This document shows, in pieces, positions 21,099-52,699 of a DNA stretch of 64,000 nt. The position numbers and the translations under genes are program-made. The DNA is taken from the NCBI RefSeq assembly GCF_009914755.1, contig NC_060943.1. One strand, 5' to 3'. The notes beneath the pieces are model-generated. The model saw only the letters and a list, made by a program, of their open reading frames with translations. It ran no database searches and was not told the origin of the DNA. The first letter of the stretch is position 1. The number at the start of each line of letters is the position of its first letter. This DNA is from the human T2T-CHM13v2.0 reference genome, Homo sapiens.

Positions 21099-21559
21099 CA
21101 AGGGTTAGGAAAAAGAGAAATGGGATAAGTATAGCTAACACAAGGGAGTCTTGTGAGGTATTGTTGAGTATTTTGGCTATTGTGGTGGTGACACAAGGCT
21201 ACATGTGATAAAACTGCATAGAGCTATAAATATACACACAGAAATGAGTGCATGTATAACTGGTGAAATCTGAGTAAGTTCTATGAATTGCAGCAATGTC
21301 AATTTTTTGGTATGGTATTGTACTATAGTTGGGTAAGGTATTAACCCTGGGGGAAGCTGCAAAGGGGGTACACAGGACTCCCCTGTACATTTCTTTGCAA
21401 CCTCTTGTGAATCCATAATTATTTCAAAATAAAAAGTCTTTTTTTAAAGAAAATTCATGCCAAGGAAAAGGCCTACCCAGGTATAAAAAAACTGGTAAAG
21501 GAATGTTATCTTTACATTAAAATATGTATGAGAATATGTACCATTTTTCCATGATTCCT

Positions 21560-23569
<2,010 letters not shown>

Positions 23570-23727
23570 TAGAATATCTTTATGCCAGTACCACACTGTT
23601 TGATTACTATATCTTTGTAATATGTTTTGAAATCAGGTTTTCCCAAAGTTTGGTTTAAAATAAACTTGCCAGCCCAACATTCTGACCAGCTGGCCTGCTC
23701 TCTGCAAGAGCTTCCTGTGCTTGCTCA

Positions 23728-23832
<105 letters not shown>

Positions 23833-24107
23833 TTATAAGAAAAGAAATTGAGATGAGATGGAAATGAATGTATCCAAATACAGTGATTTAGAACTGATTA
23901 AAATAAAAATAAATCACAGATAAAAATGGTACTTGATAAGGGATACAGAGGAAATAAAGGAGAAGAGATGAAACACTCATATTCAGATGAACACAGGATC
24001 ATAACAAACAAAGCAAACAAACAGGCGATAAAATAGTACTTAAATTTATGTAAGGTTTCTCTTTTTTGCTGTAAGGAAAAAAAAGAAGCTTCTTGAGATA
24101 TTTATTC

Positions 24108-25090
<983 letters not shown>

Positions 25091-25572
25091 AGTGAAAGAT
25101 TACATTTATTATAGGAAATGGAGTGGTGCTCATTTGAGAATAGTAAATGAACCTTTATTACTCCAGCCTATCACTCTATTACCCAGGAAAGAAAAAAGCT
25201 TCACTCCTGGAACCCATGTGTCTAGTTTTAATCTTATGCTAGTACACTAGCAGATTTAGCACAGTGGAAGTGAAACAAAAGACAGAGTCTGCTTTCTTTG
25301 ACAGTGTTATGCTTTAACATTGCAGATTTCCAATTCTGCCCCTTAAACATCAAGGAGGAGTTATTATAAGAAAGGACCAAAAGAACGTGTAAGGATGGGG
25401 AAAATGAAAATGTACCTCCATTTAGCTGTGCTGGTTTCTACAATACATAAAGAGAAAATTCATCCAGTTATTTGAAAGCTAGCCCTAAATTAATAGGGGG
25501 GAAAGCAGAAATTCCAAGAAGTAGATTGTGAATTGTTAGCGGAATTCTGAATTGTCAGGTTCTTAATTTTTA

Positions 25573-25710
<138 letters not shown>

Positions 25711-26741
25711 CTAAAATGACAAATAATAGTACTATTTTTGAAATTATAAGAAATGTTTTTAAAAAGAAAAGAGAAGTGCTAAAAGAAGGTACTGCAAGGA
25801 AGGAGACAGTCTACTGAATATATAGGCTAAGCCTGGGACATGGGTCAAAGAGGAATTTAGTGTGACTGAAGCGGAGTGCCCATATGTTCTTAAACAATTC
25901 ATTTTCTGCAGACACATCTTCTTGTGTAGGTGGGAAACTCCTGTTAATCAGTCATCTCAAAACTAAGAAAATAAGTAGAGGCTCCCAATTAAATTAAATA
26001 GTCAAAAACTTTTAAATCTTTCCAAAATGTCTTATTAAAATCTCTATCTTGAGAAAAAGAACTTGAAGATTTTTATTCATGATTATGACTATCATGCCAT
26101 AGGCATTTTTAGTTTTCCTGCAAATTCTTTAGTACACATCTGGTGCAGACTATATTTTCCATAGATGGACACTGCTGTATCTTGCATCCCAAATATTCTT
26201 CTTCAGTGTAACCTTGACATCCCCCTTCCAATTGGCGTAAAGGTCTGTGCCCCCTTCTCTTGAACCTGAAAGGACATCTGTGACTTATTCAACCTATAGA
26301 ATACGGCAGAAGTGATTATGTGACTTCTGTGGTTAGATCACAAAAACGTCTCATACTTCTGCCTTACTTTCTGGGGATGTTCCTTCTGGAAACCCAGCCA
26401 CCATGTTCCTAGGAAGCCTAACAAGCTCTCCATGGGAGAGCTCATGAGGAAAGGAACCAAGCCTCCCCAAACAACAGTCAGCAACAGCTTGCAAACCATG
26501 TGAGGGAACTATCTTGAAAGTGGGTCATGTAGTTCCCAATCAGACCATTTCAGCTGATACCACATGGAACAGAGCTGAGCGATCCCTACTGAGCTCTGCT
26601 CAGATTGTGGATTTGCAAGCCCAACCATGATTGTTGTTTTAATCTACTAAATTTTGGGTTGGTTTATTATCTGGAAATAGTTATTGTAACTGTAATATGA
26701 TTTTTATTGGTAGCATAACATTGGTAGCATAACATTTTTAA

Positions 26742-26852
<111 letters not shown>

Positions 26853-27429
26853 TAGCCTCATTTAATCTTACAACAAGAGATTTAATAATTCTCTTAAACT
26901 TGAATCTCTGGAGTGAACAAAATCTCTACGGTATTTTCTAAGGTACATATTCCATTGTTTTGCAATCACACCTGAGAGGTCTTAACTGTTATCATCCACC
27001 ACCTCTCCCTGTATATTTACTATGTTCCCAAAGAATATTAATGTAGAATGATCCAGACTCTCATAGATGTGGCCCAAGTCTAACATATGCTGTTCAATCT
27101 AAAACCGGAGTTTGTAATTGGTGATCATATATTTTCTGGCAAGATCTCCAATTTTTCCATGCAAGCACTAATCCTATCTCCATCTAATTCTAAAGCCTCA
27201 CACAGCAAAGTCTCTCTGCTCAGTGAGATCATCCAACACCAATTCCTATCACATCTCACTGGAAAATCCCAAATTGTGAATTTCAAAGATTTCCCACGTG
27301 TGATTTAATTAACCATTCATTCCCTGAGGACACCTCAAGTGGTGGCTTTTTTTTTCTCCCACAGCCTTTGTACCACTGTCATCCTTGTTTCTCATTGTTG
27401 GTGTCAGACAACTGTCTTTCCTTCTCTAA

Positions 27430-27891
<462 letters not shown>

Positions 27892-30800
27892 TGATTTCAA
27901 ATGCTGAAAACAAAACATCTTCAAAACCTATGATTCTATACCTAGCTAAAATCCTTTAAAATGAAGGTGAAATAGTTGATTTTTTTAAAAAAAAAAAAGA
28001 CAAACAAAAGCTGAAAGAATTTGTCACCAGAACACCTATGCTACAAAAATGTAAAAGGAAATTCTTCAGGTGGAAAAAAATTGATACTAGATAAAATCTT
28101 CAGTCTATATAGAAGAATAAAGAGTGTTAGAAATAGTAAACATAGGGGTAAATACATAAGCTACTCTTTTCATTTAATACTTTCTTTAAAAGATAATCAA
28201 CTAAAGAAAGAAATATATGCTTTAAGCAAATTTAGAAATAAAATATATGACAATAAAAAAGATGGGAAGGGGAAATAGAAGTATCCAGTTGTGTCTGGCG
28301 CAGTGGCTCACCCCAGTAAGCCACTGCAGGGAGGCAGGATTGCTTAAGGCCAGGAGTTTGAGACCAGCCTGGGTAACAAAGCGAGATCGCATCTCTACAA
28401 AAAAATTTAAAACATTAGCCAGGGGTGGTGGCACACAACTGTAGTCCTAGTTACTTGGAAGGCTGAGGCAGGAGGATCACTTGAGCCTAGGAGTTCGAGG
28501 CTGCAATAAGCTATGATGACACCACTGGACTCCAGCCTGGGAAACAGAGCATGACCCAGTCTCTTTAAAAAAAAAAAAAGAGTACCCAATTGTAATATGT
28601 TTACATTATACCTGAAGTGTTCTAAAATGACTTGAATAGTGTAAAGCACATTGCAAACCTTAACCCCTAAAACAGCAAAACAAAGAGATATAGCAAATAA
28701 TCCTATAGTGACGATAAAATTAAATACTAAAAAAATAAGATTAATCCAAGACGAGGTAGGAAAACAGGAAAAAAAATTTAAAAAGAACAGATGACAAGAT
28801 GGTAGAGTAAAACCTAACTATTGCTAATTACATTAAATTTAAGTGGTCAAACTACAGTATATTCCCTGATTTATTTTATAGAGCCAGCATTGCCTTGACA
28901 CTAAAACTTAAAAATTAATTAAAAATTAAGATGAAATAAAGTCACTTTTACATAATAAAATCTGAGAGAATGTGTCACCAAAGACCCAAACTACAGGAAA
29001 CACTAAGGGAAGATCTTCAGGCTAAAGAGAAATGATACAGGATGGAAACTCAGATCACAGGAAGGAAGGAAAAGCAACTAGACATTTTTTCCTGTTTTCC
29101 AACACATATAATTTCTTATCTTTGTAAATTCTTTCCACATTTCCAAGTATTTATTTTTTATTTATTTATTTTTTTGAGGCGGAGTTTCGCTCTTTTGAGG
29201 CTGTAGTGCAATGGCACAATCTCGGCTCACTGCAACCTCTGCCTCCCGGGTTCAAGTGATTCTTCTGCTTCAGCCTCCTGAGTAGTTGGGATTACAAGCA
29301 TGTGCCACCACGTCTGGCTAATTTTGTATTTTTAGTAGAGACGGGGTTTCTCTGTGTTGGTCAGGCTGGTATCGAACTCCCGACCTCAGGTGATCCGCCC
29401 GCTTCAGCCTCCCAAAATGCAGGGATTACAGGCATGAGCCACCGAGCCTAGCTATTTCCATGTATTTCTAATTCATATATTTTAACTCTTTTTGGTAGGA
29501 GCATTCAAAGCTATGATTTTTCCTTAGGGTCCTGCTTTTTAATTTAATTTAATTTTTTTGAGATGGAGTCCTGCTTTGTCGCCAGGCTGGAGTGCAGTGG
29601 CAGGATCTCGGCTCACTGCAATATCCTCCCCGCCGGGTTCAAGTGATTCTCCTGCCTCAGCCTCCCGAGTAGCTGGGATTACAGATGCGCACCACGACAC
29701 CCAGCTAATTTTTGTATTTTTAGTAGAGATGGGGATTCACCATGTTGACCAGGATGGTCTCCATCTCCTGACCTCGTGATCCGCCCGCCTCAGCCTCCCA
29801 AAGTGCTGGGATTACAGGCATGAGCCACTGTGCCTGGCCAGGGTCCTGCTTTAACTAAATCTCATTTGTTTCTTGTTTCAATATGCAATGCTATCATTGA
29901 TTACTAAAAATTCTTTACTTTTAGATTATATTTCCTCTTTGTTCCCATACTTATTAAGACATAATTTATAAACTTTTGATAAAATTAGCTTTATTTCTCT
30001 GATTTTATTATTAAATTCTAGTTGTATTTCACTGTATTCAGGCAACATTATCATTTCTAATTACTGGATATTACTGTGGCCTCAGATTTTGTCATTTTTT
30101 AGTGAATGTTCCACAGCCACTTGAAAGAATGAATATTAACAATTATCAGGATACCAAATTTAATATATATATCAATAATATAGATCTGATACAGTATGTG
30201 ATTTAGTACTTCTATTTCCTTATTAAATTTTGTCTACTTGGCCTGGTTTGGACTGAGAAGAGTGAATTAATGTCTCTTACTGCTGGTAAGTGTCTATTTC
30301 TTCTATCTGCTCTAAATTTTACTTTAGGAGGTAATGCTATGATATTCAATATATATTCAGAACTGTTATATCTTCATTTTGAAATTTATACTTTAAAAGT
30401 ATATAATGTCTTTCTGCCATGTTTAATTCTGTGATGTGGCCTGAATCTTACTTAGTCTGTTTTCTTTATTCTGTCTTTTTTTGTAGAGACAGGGTCTTGC
30501 TATGTTGGCAAGGCTGGTCTAACTCCTGTCCTAAAGCAATTCTCCCGCCTTGGCCTCCCAAAGTGCTGGGATTATGGGCATAAGCTGCCATGCCCAGTCC
30601 TGTTTTCTTTTCATTCTATTTGCCTGGTATAGTTGTTCGCCCATCCTTTTCTTAACCTTTCTAAATCAGTGAATCACTCAGGTGTCTGGGTTTTTCTTTG
30701 TAATTCAATCTGAAAGGTCTTTTAATAGATGAGTTAAACCCCATTTGCATATGTTAATAAGGTATATATGTTTGCTCTCTGGTCTTAACTTTATTATGTA

Positions 30801-31710
30801 ATTTTTTTTTTTTTTTTTTTTAGACAGAGTCTTGCCTTGTCACCCAGGCTGGAGTGCAGTGGTGTGATCATAGCTCACTGCAGCCGCAAACTCCTGGGAT
30901 AAAGTGATCCTCCCACTTCAGCCTCAGCCTCTCGAGTAGCTAGGACTACAGGTGCACACAACCACAAGCAGCTGATTAACACAAATTTTTTTTGTAGAGA
31001 TGGAGTTTTATTATGTTGCCTAGACTGGTCTGGAACTCCCAGACTCCAGCGATTCTCCCACCTCAGCCTCTCAAAGTGCTAGAATTACTGGCGTGAGTCA
31101 CCGTGCCTGGCTTTTATCATGTGATTATTTTGTTAATTCTGTCTTGCTCACTCTCTCTGCATATATCTGGGAAGTCTTACTATACATAAGTTATTTTCTG
31201 TCTCTCACTACCAGTTAAGCTTCAGAAGGGAAGATATGTATGTATGTGATATTTTTTTCCCCACTGATTTATTCCGTTACCTAGAAGAATGCCTGTCGCA
31301 TAGTAGGTACTCAATAAATATTCGTTAATCACCTCATCAAATCAAAGTTCTGACAAGAGAAACACTAATATTTTCTTCAAAACAATATTATTTGTGTTCT
31401 CTCCTTGTGTCTGTTAAAAGATTTCACGTAAGGGAGATGAAGAATCATTTATTCAACAAGTATATGAACATGAGTTGGAGATGAGAGGAGCAAAAATGAA
31501 GGCCCTGAAATTCTGGCACCGTCACTTACTCACTAGTAAGTTATTGTATAATTCCCAGGTAAGAAACTATGTCAGAATAAATAATGCAGGCCAGGCGCAG
31601 GGGCTCACGCCTGTAATCCCAGCACTTCGGGAAACTCAGATGGGCAGATCACTTGAGGCCAGGAGTTTGAGACCAGCCTGGCCAACTTGGCAAAACCCCG
31701 TATCTACTTA

Positions 31711-31941
<231 letters not shown>

Positions 31942-31980
31942 TCAAGTATTGTAATTAGGAGCAAGAAAAAACCAACTTAC

Positions 31981-31989
31981 ATGGGCCAT
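31981..31989 (-). CDS. ZNF461: ZNF461 start codons ATG GCC CAT (MAH) at the end of exon 2 (exon 31981-32069)
   Basis: gacATGGCCCAT|gtaagt donor; acceptor ctctctcccag| at 32069; phase 0 matches the KRAB-A exon. Confidence 0.9.
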
Positions 31990-32774
31990 GTCTTATTTTA
32001 GAATTGAATGTATTATTTAATCCTCTTCTTCGTTCCCTCTGGAAGAAACTCAATCCAAAGAAGGTGTTGCTGGGAGAGAGGGGAGTTAAAAAAAAGACAG
32101 GAGATTATTGCCTCTAAGCTCCCAAAATGTTAATTCAGAATGACATTTTTCTTCCCCCTTCATATCTCCTATTCCCAGACCTGATACATACATACATAAA
32201 TTATTAGTGGGAATTTGGACAAATCCTAGCTTTACTCAAAACCATGAGGAAACTCAGCTACAGCAGGATAGACTCAAGAAAAGCAAGGATCATGCCCTTC
32301 AGCAGAAGGGATAGTTAGGCCAGCCCATTGTCCCAATACTATGATGAAATCGAAGCCAGGATCAGGGTGCTGAGAACTGCACTGGGTAGATTTTCACTGA
32401 ATTAAGAGGAAAAAGAAAAGGTAATGAACATTATGAGAAAAGATTAGGGAAACAGAAAACAGACCCAAAAGACCCAGTGTATGTGTAACAGAAATTTCAA
32501 AAATAGAGGCTGAAACAACACAGATGGAAGAGAAAAAATAAATAGAACAAAAATTTGCAGACCAAAATAAATTCTTGAGTCTTTAGTTTGAAGTACAGTG
32601 CTGTAAGAATTAAAGAAGAATCATACCTGGAAACATCCTGAAAAATATTCTTAAGTTTGTCTTTGAATACAGACAAAAGGACATAAATATCTTTTAGTAA
32701 GAAGTTGCAGAGGCCGGGCGCGGTGGCTCACGCCTGTAATCCCAACACTTTGGGAGGCAGATGCGGGCGGATCA

Positions 32775-33167
<393 letters not shown>

Positions 33168-33203
33168 CTACAGCTAACTCCTCAAGTAGTCAGGAAAGGA
33201 TGA

Positions 33204-33333
33204 GAGATGGATGAATGACAGATCTCTGGAGTGGGGCGTCCTGAGCCTTAGATGTGTGCACAGGAGCGGGGTGAGGTGAATGTGCGTGTGTCTGTGTGTG
33301 AGAGACCAGAGTTGACTGAGAGGAGTGGAAGCT
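33204..33333 (+). repeat. Copy 1 of a roughly 130-bp direct repeat (copy 2 at 35833-35960)
   Basis: gagatggatgaatgacagatctctgga...agaggagtggaagct present in both. Confidence 0.9.
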
Positions 33334-33368
33334 CTCTGCCTGATCGTGTGAGCCTGAGGATAACGTGA

Positions 33369-33556
<188 letters not shown>

Positions 33557-33899
33557 TAGTAGAGGTGGGGTTTCTCCACGTTGGCCAGGCTGGTATCGAA
33601 CTCCCGACATCAGGGCATCCACCCGCTTCGGGCTCCCAAAATGCTGGGATTACAGGGGTGAGCCACCGCTCCCGGCCTGTAAATGTGCTTTTTCTTTCAC
33701 GTAAATAAATGAGATTTACACAAATAGCCATTCACAATCATGGTCACAGTCACCTACAAACCCCATTTACACAAATGATCAGGCACACAATCACACTGTC
33801 ACTAAAGCACACCCACGCACCAGGTCGCTGTCCCAACAGTAACACACAGCCCAAAGAGAAACCCTACTTCCTCACGCATTCAAAACACACCCACCTAAG

Positions 33900-34520
33900 G
33901 GCTGATCCCGCACTCAGAGGCCTAAAACTATAGACATTCCCCTTCCGCGGCACTGGTGAGCCAGGATTTCTTACCTTCAGCATCCTCAGGGAAGGCTCTG
34001 GTCCAAGCTCTGATTCGGATTCCAAGCGAAGCCACACGCCCAGCTCTTCCTTCTCCACCGGCCCGGGACATCCTTACCTGCCTCTACCCGGAGACCATTC
34101 CTGCGAGGCTCCTACCGGAAGTAGCTGTGGACAGCAGTGTCCTCTGGGAAATGCAGTCCGAGGGGAGAGCGCCTGGGGTGGAGCGGGTGTGTTCCGCCGG
34201 GCTCCGGGATGCACTTGCGCAGTTTCACCCGAGGCTGGAGTGACGCCAACCTGTTAATGTTCGTTTTCGGATTCTGGACTTCGGGTTCCGCTGAGGACGG
34301 ATTTCGGAATAGGCACAGTGGCTGCCCCGAACCCCTCAAGGCGGCCTCCGCGGGCTGTGGCTGAAGATAATTTTCGGCGGGCGCGGACTAACCCGGCTTC
34401 CCTTTGTGGAGTTGTGGTGAGAAAGGTGTTTTGTTGTGCGCGTGTCCGAAGGTGACTCCGGAGGAGAAGGTGGATATGAACTGACGGTGAGGGTGTAGCG
34501 CGTGAGATTTGTATGTGAAA
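33900..34520. promoter_or_regulatory. CpG-island, probably bidirectional, promoter of ZNF461
   Basis: CpG-rich. ACCGGAAGT ETS/GABP site at 34114-34122. TGGGAAATGCAGT at 34145-34157 (reverse complement ACTGCATTTCCCA, ZNF143/THAP11-type). CA-rich to the left and GT-rich to the right, as expected for first introns in both directions. Confidence 0.85.
33975..34130 (-). other. ZNF461: ZNF461 non-coding exon 1 with two candidate donors (exon ends 34078 or 33975); TSS position approximate
   Basis: GCAG|gtaagg and GAAG|gtaaga on the minus strand, inside the CpG island just downstream of ETS and ZNF143-type motifs. Confidence 0.7.
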
Positions 34521-34545
34521 CGATTTAAAAAAAAATTTTTTTTTT

Positions 34546-35530
<985 letters not shown>

Positions 35531-35832
35531 GTGGTGAAACGGTTTTGAGGCTTTTTGAGAATGGCTGTTCTATATGCCCGCGTGGGGCTCATGCGGCGAG
35601 CGCCGCCACTCCCGCAGTGGCCCCTGTGGGGGTGATACGTGATGTGGCTTAAATGTGAGAGGCCACCTGGACCCGTGTGATTGCCACGTTTGCAGGAGCG
35701 CAGCCACGTGCACAGGGATCTTGTGACATTCTGTGTGAGGCTTTTTGCGCTGGGTCCACCCATGATTAGAGGACTAGTGTGACTGTGGCGGCCCCTGAGA
35801 AGGGAAGAAGCTGGTTGCGACCAGGAACGTCT

Positions 35833-35960
35833 GAGATGGATGAATGACAGATCTCTGGACCAGGGCGTCCTGAACCTTAGATGTATGCATAGGAGCGGTG
35901 TGAGGTGACTGTGTATGTTTGTGTGTGAGAGTCCAGAGCCGACTTAGAGGAGTGGAAGCT
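35833..35960 (+). repeat. Copy 2 of the roughly 130-bp direct repeat
   Basis: Aligns to 33204-33333 with scattered substitutions. Confidence 0.9.
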
Positions 35961-36174
35961 GGCACATGTTATCTGCCAGAAGGGACAGATCCATGGTAAG
36001 GATTTTTAACCTTGCTGAGAGACCAGTAACTCCATCACCAAGTGTAATATGAGGAAATGGTGCTTGTTTGAGAACAAGTGATTCTGCTTGTGTCTGATTC
36101 TCATTCATGTATGTGAGATGGTTTGCACTTGAAACTGTCAGTGAGAGAGAAAGTAGAGTGAAATATATGACGTA

Positions 36175-36505
36175 CAGCTGGCCCTCCCTATCCATGGGTC
36201 TTGCATTGTGGATTCAACAAACCTTCAGTTGAAAATATCTGGGAAAAGAAGTTGATGTTTGCATCTGTACTGAACTTGTACAGGCTTTTTTTCTTGTCAT
36301 TATGCCCTAAAAAATAGAATATAACAACTATGTACATAGTATTTACATGGTTATTAGGTGTTATAAGTAATCTAGAGAGGGTTTAAAGAATATGGGAGGA
36401 TTTCCATAGATTATATGCAAATACCGTGTTCATTTTATATAAGGGACTTGAGCATCTGTGTATGTTGGTGGGGAGGGGTCCTGGAGGGACACTGAGGGAT
36501 GACTA
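36175..36505. mobile_element. Tigger3a/MER7-type Tc1-mariner MITE
   Basis: ta-cagctggccctccctatcc...ggacactgagggatgacta TIRs; internal tataagtaatctagaga. Confidence 0.8.
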
Positions 36506-36729
36506 TGTGAAAGTGGTTTGCGAATATGCTCAAGTCTCTGGATGAATTGTATGACAGTGAAGGGGTATGTGATTAGACTGTTGTGGCTTTGAGGTTGATG
36601 TGTATGTTTTAAAGGATTATGATTGAGTTGGAGATCATGTGAGATTTGGTGTGTTTAAATGTGACATGAATTAAAATCCGAATGAAAGATTGCGAAGTTA
36701 TATGAATGTAGTAACTACATAAGAGAATG

Positions 36730-40593
<3,864 letters not shown>

Positions 40594-41042
40594 TATGATG
40601 GTTAATTTTATGTGTCAACTTGACTGGGCCATGATGCCCAGATATTTGGTCAAACATTATTCTGGATGTTTCTGTGAAAGGTGTTTTTTTGGATGAGAGT
40701 AACACTTAAATCAGTGGACTCTGAATAAAGCAGATTACGCTCCACACAATGGATGAGCCTCATTCAATCAGCTAAAGTTCTTAATAGTACAAAGGCTAAT
40801 GTCTGAGCAAGAGGGAATTGTGTTAGCAGACTGCCTTTAGACTTCGAATCACAACTGTTTTCTGGGTCTTCAGCCTGCTGGCCTGCCTTGCAGATTTTGG
40901 ACGTACCAAGGCTCCACAATTGCATGAGCCAGTTCCTTAAAATAAATCTTTCTGTGTGCATGCATACACACAGACACAGACACAGACACACACACACACA
41001 CACACCCTGTTTGTTCTGTTTCTCTAGAGAACCTTAATGTAC
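40594..41042 (+). mobile_element. MLT2 3' LTR of the ERVL, containing a (CA)n tract
   Basis: tgatggttaattttatgtgtcaacttgactgggcc start; ttctgtttctctagagaacc end. Confidence 0.9.
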
Positions 41043-41818
41043 TATCCTAAGTATTTTACATGTATAGTGTCATTTAACTCCCCTCAGAACCCTGAGGGAG
41101 TTATTGATACCTTTCCCGGTAAACTGATGATGCAGGTGAGGCATCAAGAGCTTAAATAACTTGTAAAATGTCACAGAGTTCCTAAGAGAAGGAACTGGAA
41201 TTTGAATTTCAAAGTCCTCAGTCTTTAACTATTAGATTACCATTTTCTAACTTGACACCTTCTATTCTATATCCCACCCGCTTCACAAAGCCATTCCTGA
41301 TGAGTGCCAACTAATTTGGAATGAAAATCATTAGGATTATGGGTTCTATTATATGATATTTAACACACTGTTTATTCTCAAACATTTTTATTTACTAATT
41401 ATTATCAGGAATTCTTCAATGGCATTCTTGTAATACTATTTAGTTCATTTTTATAATTACTTCCTAAGAGACAAATTGTCCTAGAAGTGGGGGGTTTCTG
41501 AGTAAGACACTGGCATGCCTGGCAACATGCAAGACCTTGTGCTTCAATACTTGGAAGAAGCACAAATTACTAAGATATAATTGCTGCTTTTGTATTGCTT
41601 ATAATTCAACAGGGGAAATAAAAGTAAGTCAAAGGTAGAGCATGACAAAGACTTCTAGAGAAGTACAGGTGATAACCCTGGGAGTTCCCAAGAATTCATA
41701 GGAGCTCTGGGTGTGAATGAATGTCCTCTCGTCATGTGTATGCCTTACAGATTAGAGTCTGTTGATGTTGGGTCTAAAGGGTACTAATGGAGCAAGGCTG
41801 TCCTCTTACTGATAGCAG

Positions 41819-41896
41819 GGCATTATGGCTAATATTTCGGAAGTGAAATAAATCCTTCTGTCAAGAAGGCATAGAAAACAAAGCAGCAAGTCCAAG
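41819..41896 (+). pseudogene. Candidate decayed KZNF start-type exon
   Basis: tagcag| acceptor and strong AAGTCCAAG|gtaagg donor, resembling KZNF ...KSK/KSQ start exons; the in-frame ATG is absent. Confidence 0.4.
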
Positions 41897-42011
41897 GTAA
41901 GGTTTAAACCTCCTAGCTCTTCTTCCCTGGGCAGAATACCCACAGTCATAGTTGGGTCCAAATTAATATTTTTTTTAACGTAAGAGAAATAATTCATCAC
42001 ATAGTATTTAG

Positions 42012-43652
<1,641 letters not shown>

Positions 43653-43830
43653 ACTTTTTTTTTTTTTTAACTGATCACTTAACAGTTCGTTCTGAGGAAG
43701 TTCTGGAATTTTTAAACTAGTATATTCCTGCTAGACTCAAAGCTGAACCATGCCAGAGAAATTCCTTCCATATGCTGCCCAGCTGCTATGTATACCCCAC
43801 CCTCCCATTTCCCTCAGGGTCCTGTGGGAC

Positions 43831-43875
43831 TTACTTTCAGTGGCAAAAAGCGTAATTACTTTTGCACCAACCTAA
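43831..43875. mobile_element. Half MADE1 (Hsmar1 MITE)
   Basis: tggcaaaaagcgtaattacttttgcaccaacctaa followed by TA. Confidence 0.8.
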
Positions 43876-43904
43876 TAGATTTGGAGTGTTTTTGTCATTT
43901 GCAG

Positions 43905-44017
43905 GACTGTCACTTCGAGGGATAACCATCAAGTTCTCCAGGTGCAGAGTGAGTGGCTGAACCCTGCTTAAAGGGATGTAACTATAAGGATGTGATGTCA
44001 GAGCCTAGTCTTGCTAG
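43905..44017 (+). pseudogene. Degenerate KRAB-A exon
   Basis: tttgtcatttgcag| acceptor. Reads LSLRGITIKFS / EWLNPA*RD / YKDVMSE / LVLL across frameshifts (compare [30 protein letters not shown]). Donor mutated (ttaaga). Confidence 0.75.
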
Positions 44018-44020
44018 TTA

Positions 44021-45182
<1,162 letters not shown>

Positions 45183-45335
45183 TTATAGCTGCAAACACTC
45201 AACTGTGTTTTTATTATTGAGGCTTCATTTTCTTGACACCTAAAGTGACTTTATCTTCCTCTGTCTCATATTTCCCTCTCCCTGAATTGACATCACCACA
45301 ACAGGCCTAAGTCCAATTTCTTTTCCTATATACAG

Positions 45336-45420
45336 GACCTTTTATCTCTAAGCCAGATGTGATTTCCCCATTGAAGAAAAGGAGATAGCCGTGAATGTGT
45401 GGAGAGTAATGTGTTAAGGT
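45336..45420 (+). pseudogene. Degenerate KRAB-B exon
   Basis: ttttcctatatacag|GA acceptor (phase 1); (G)PFISKPDVISPLKKRR*P*M versus [21 protein letters not shown]. Confidence 0.8.
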
Positions 45421-45699
45421 GGCTCAAAGAAGAGGGAAGCCATTGCAGATAAATGCTCAGCTGATATGAAGAGTCAAAACTTCAAGGTATTGTTTGAGAA
45501 ACTTTTCCCTCAGTGGCCAGTGGAGAGAACTGAGGTCCCTTCAGTCTGAGTTCCCAAAGACACCTCACCATCATGCCTCTGTGTCAGTGTGCCCATAGCT
45601 CCTTCTATAATTCTTCCAGTTTTAAGGAGGGAAGGATTAGCCTTATAGAGTTTCTAATTATAAAAGAAATACACACTGAGCATTAAAATTAAGAAAACA

Positions 45700-47500
<1,801 letters not shown>

Positions 47501-47863
47501 ATCTGAAATAACAGTTGCCCCCTATGAGCATCTCACGATAAATCCCTTTAATCTCCTCTACATATACTGAGTATTAAAAAACAGAATCGTCTAGAACATT
47601 GTTGCTGTTCTGAGACCTGTCTTTCTCATTTAACACAAGTGAACATTTTTCTTTGTCAGCAAGTAGCGGTAAACATCATCCATTCTAATGGCTGTATTTT
47701 TTAATAGGTGGAGTTGTATCTTCAGGGCAGATTCCTAACAGTGGAATGGCTGGGTCACAAGGGAAATGTGTAGGTAGTTTTTGTACATGTTGTCAAATTT
47801 CCCACCATAAGGGTTGTGCCGGTTTGTTTTCCCACCATCAGTGTATGAGACTGCCTGATTCCC

Positions 47864-48345
47864 TGTACATTCATTCCTGTGGCTGCTCTAACAAGTTACC
47901 ACAAACTTGGTAGCTTTAAACAATAGTTTACTCTCTCACATTCTGGAGGCCAGAACTCCAAAAATCTAGACATCAGCAGGGCTGGAGCGCTCCTAGAGAT
48001 TCTAGGGGAGAAGCCTCACTTTGCCTCTTTTTCTGGTGGCTGTAGCCATTCCTTGACCATTCCTTGACATTCCTGGCCCCATCACTGAGATTTCCACCTC
48101 CGGGGTCACATTGCTGCCTCTTCTTCCTCTGTCTGCCAGTCTCCTTGTGTCTCTTTTAAGGTTGCTTGTCACTGGATTTAGGACCCAACCCACCCAGACA
48201 ATCCAGGATGAACTACTCATCTCAAACTTCTTAATTTAATTTCATCTGCAAAGACCCTCTTTCCAAATTAAGTAACATTCACAGTTTCCAGAGATTAGGA
48301 CATGGACATATCTTTTTGCAGGGTCATCAGTCAGCCGACTATATC
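47864..48345 (-). mobile_element. MLT1 (MaLR) LTR
   Basis: taacaagttaccacaaacttgg, ttctggaggccagaa, catctgcaaagaccct motifs. Confidence 0.8.
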
Positions 48346-48439
48346 CTGTCTCACCAACAGAATACATTGTTATATTTTTTAATTTTTGTCATCTTGATAG
48401 GTTAAAAATGGTCTCAGTATTCCCCCTCTCCCCCTGCCA

Positions 48440-52608
<4,169 letters not shown>

Positions 52609-52699
52609 TTAAATAAATGTATGTAGGTGTTATATCACACCCCTGAATAATTCCTCCGAATCGGGGTGGGGGTGTCAGTCATCTGTACTCCACCCAGAA

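Noticed and set aside
43831-43875. Possible miR-548-type hairpin
   Set aside because: Only one MADE1 arm is present, so no stem-loop can form.
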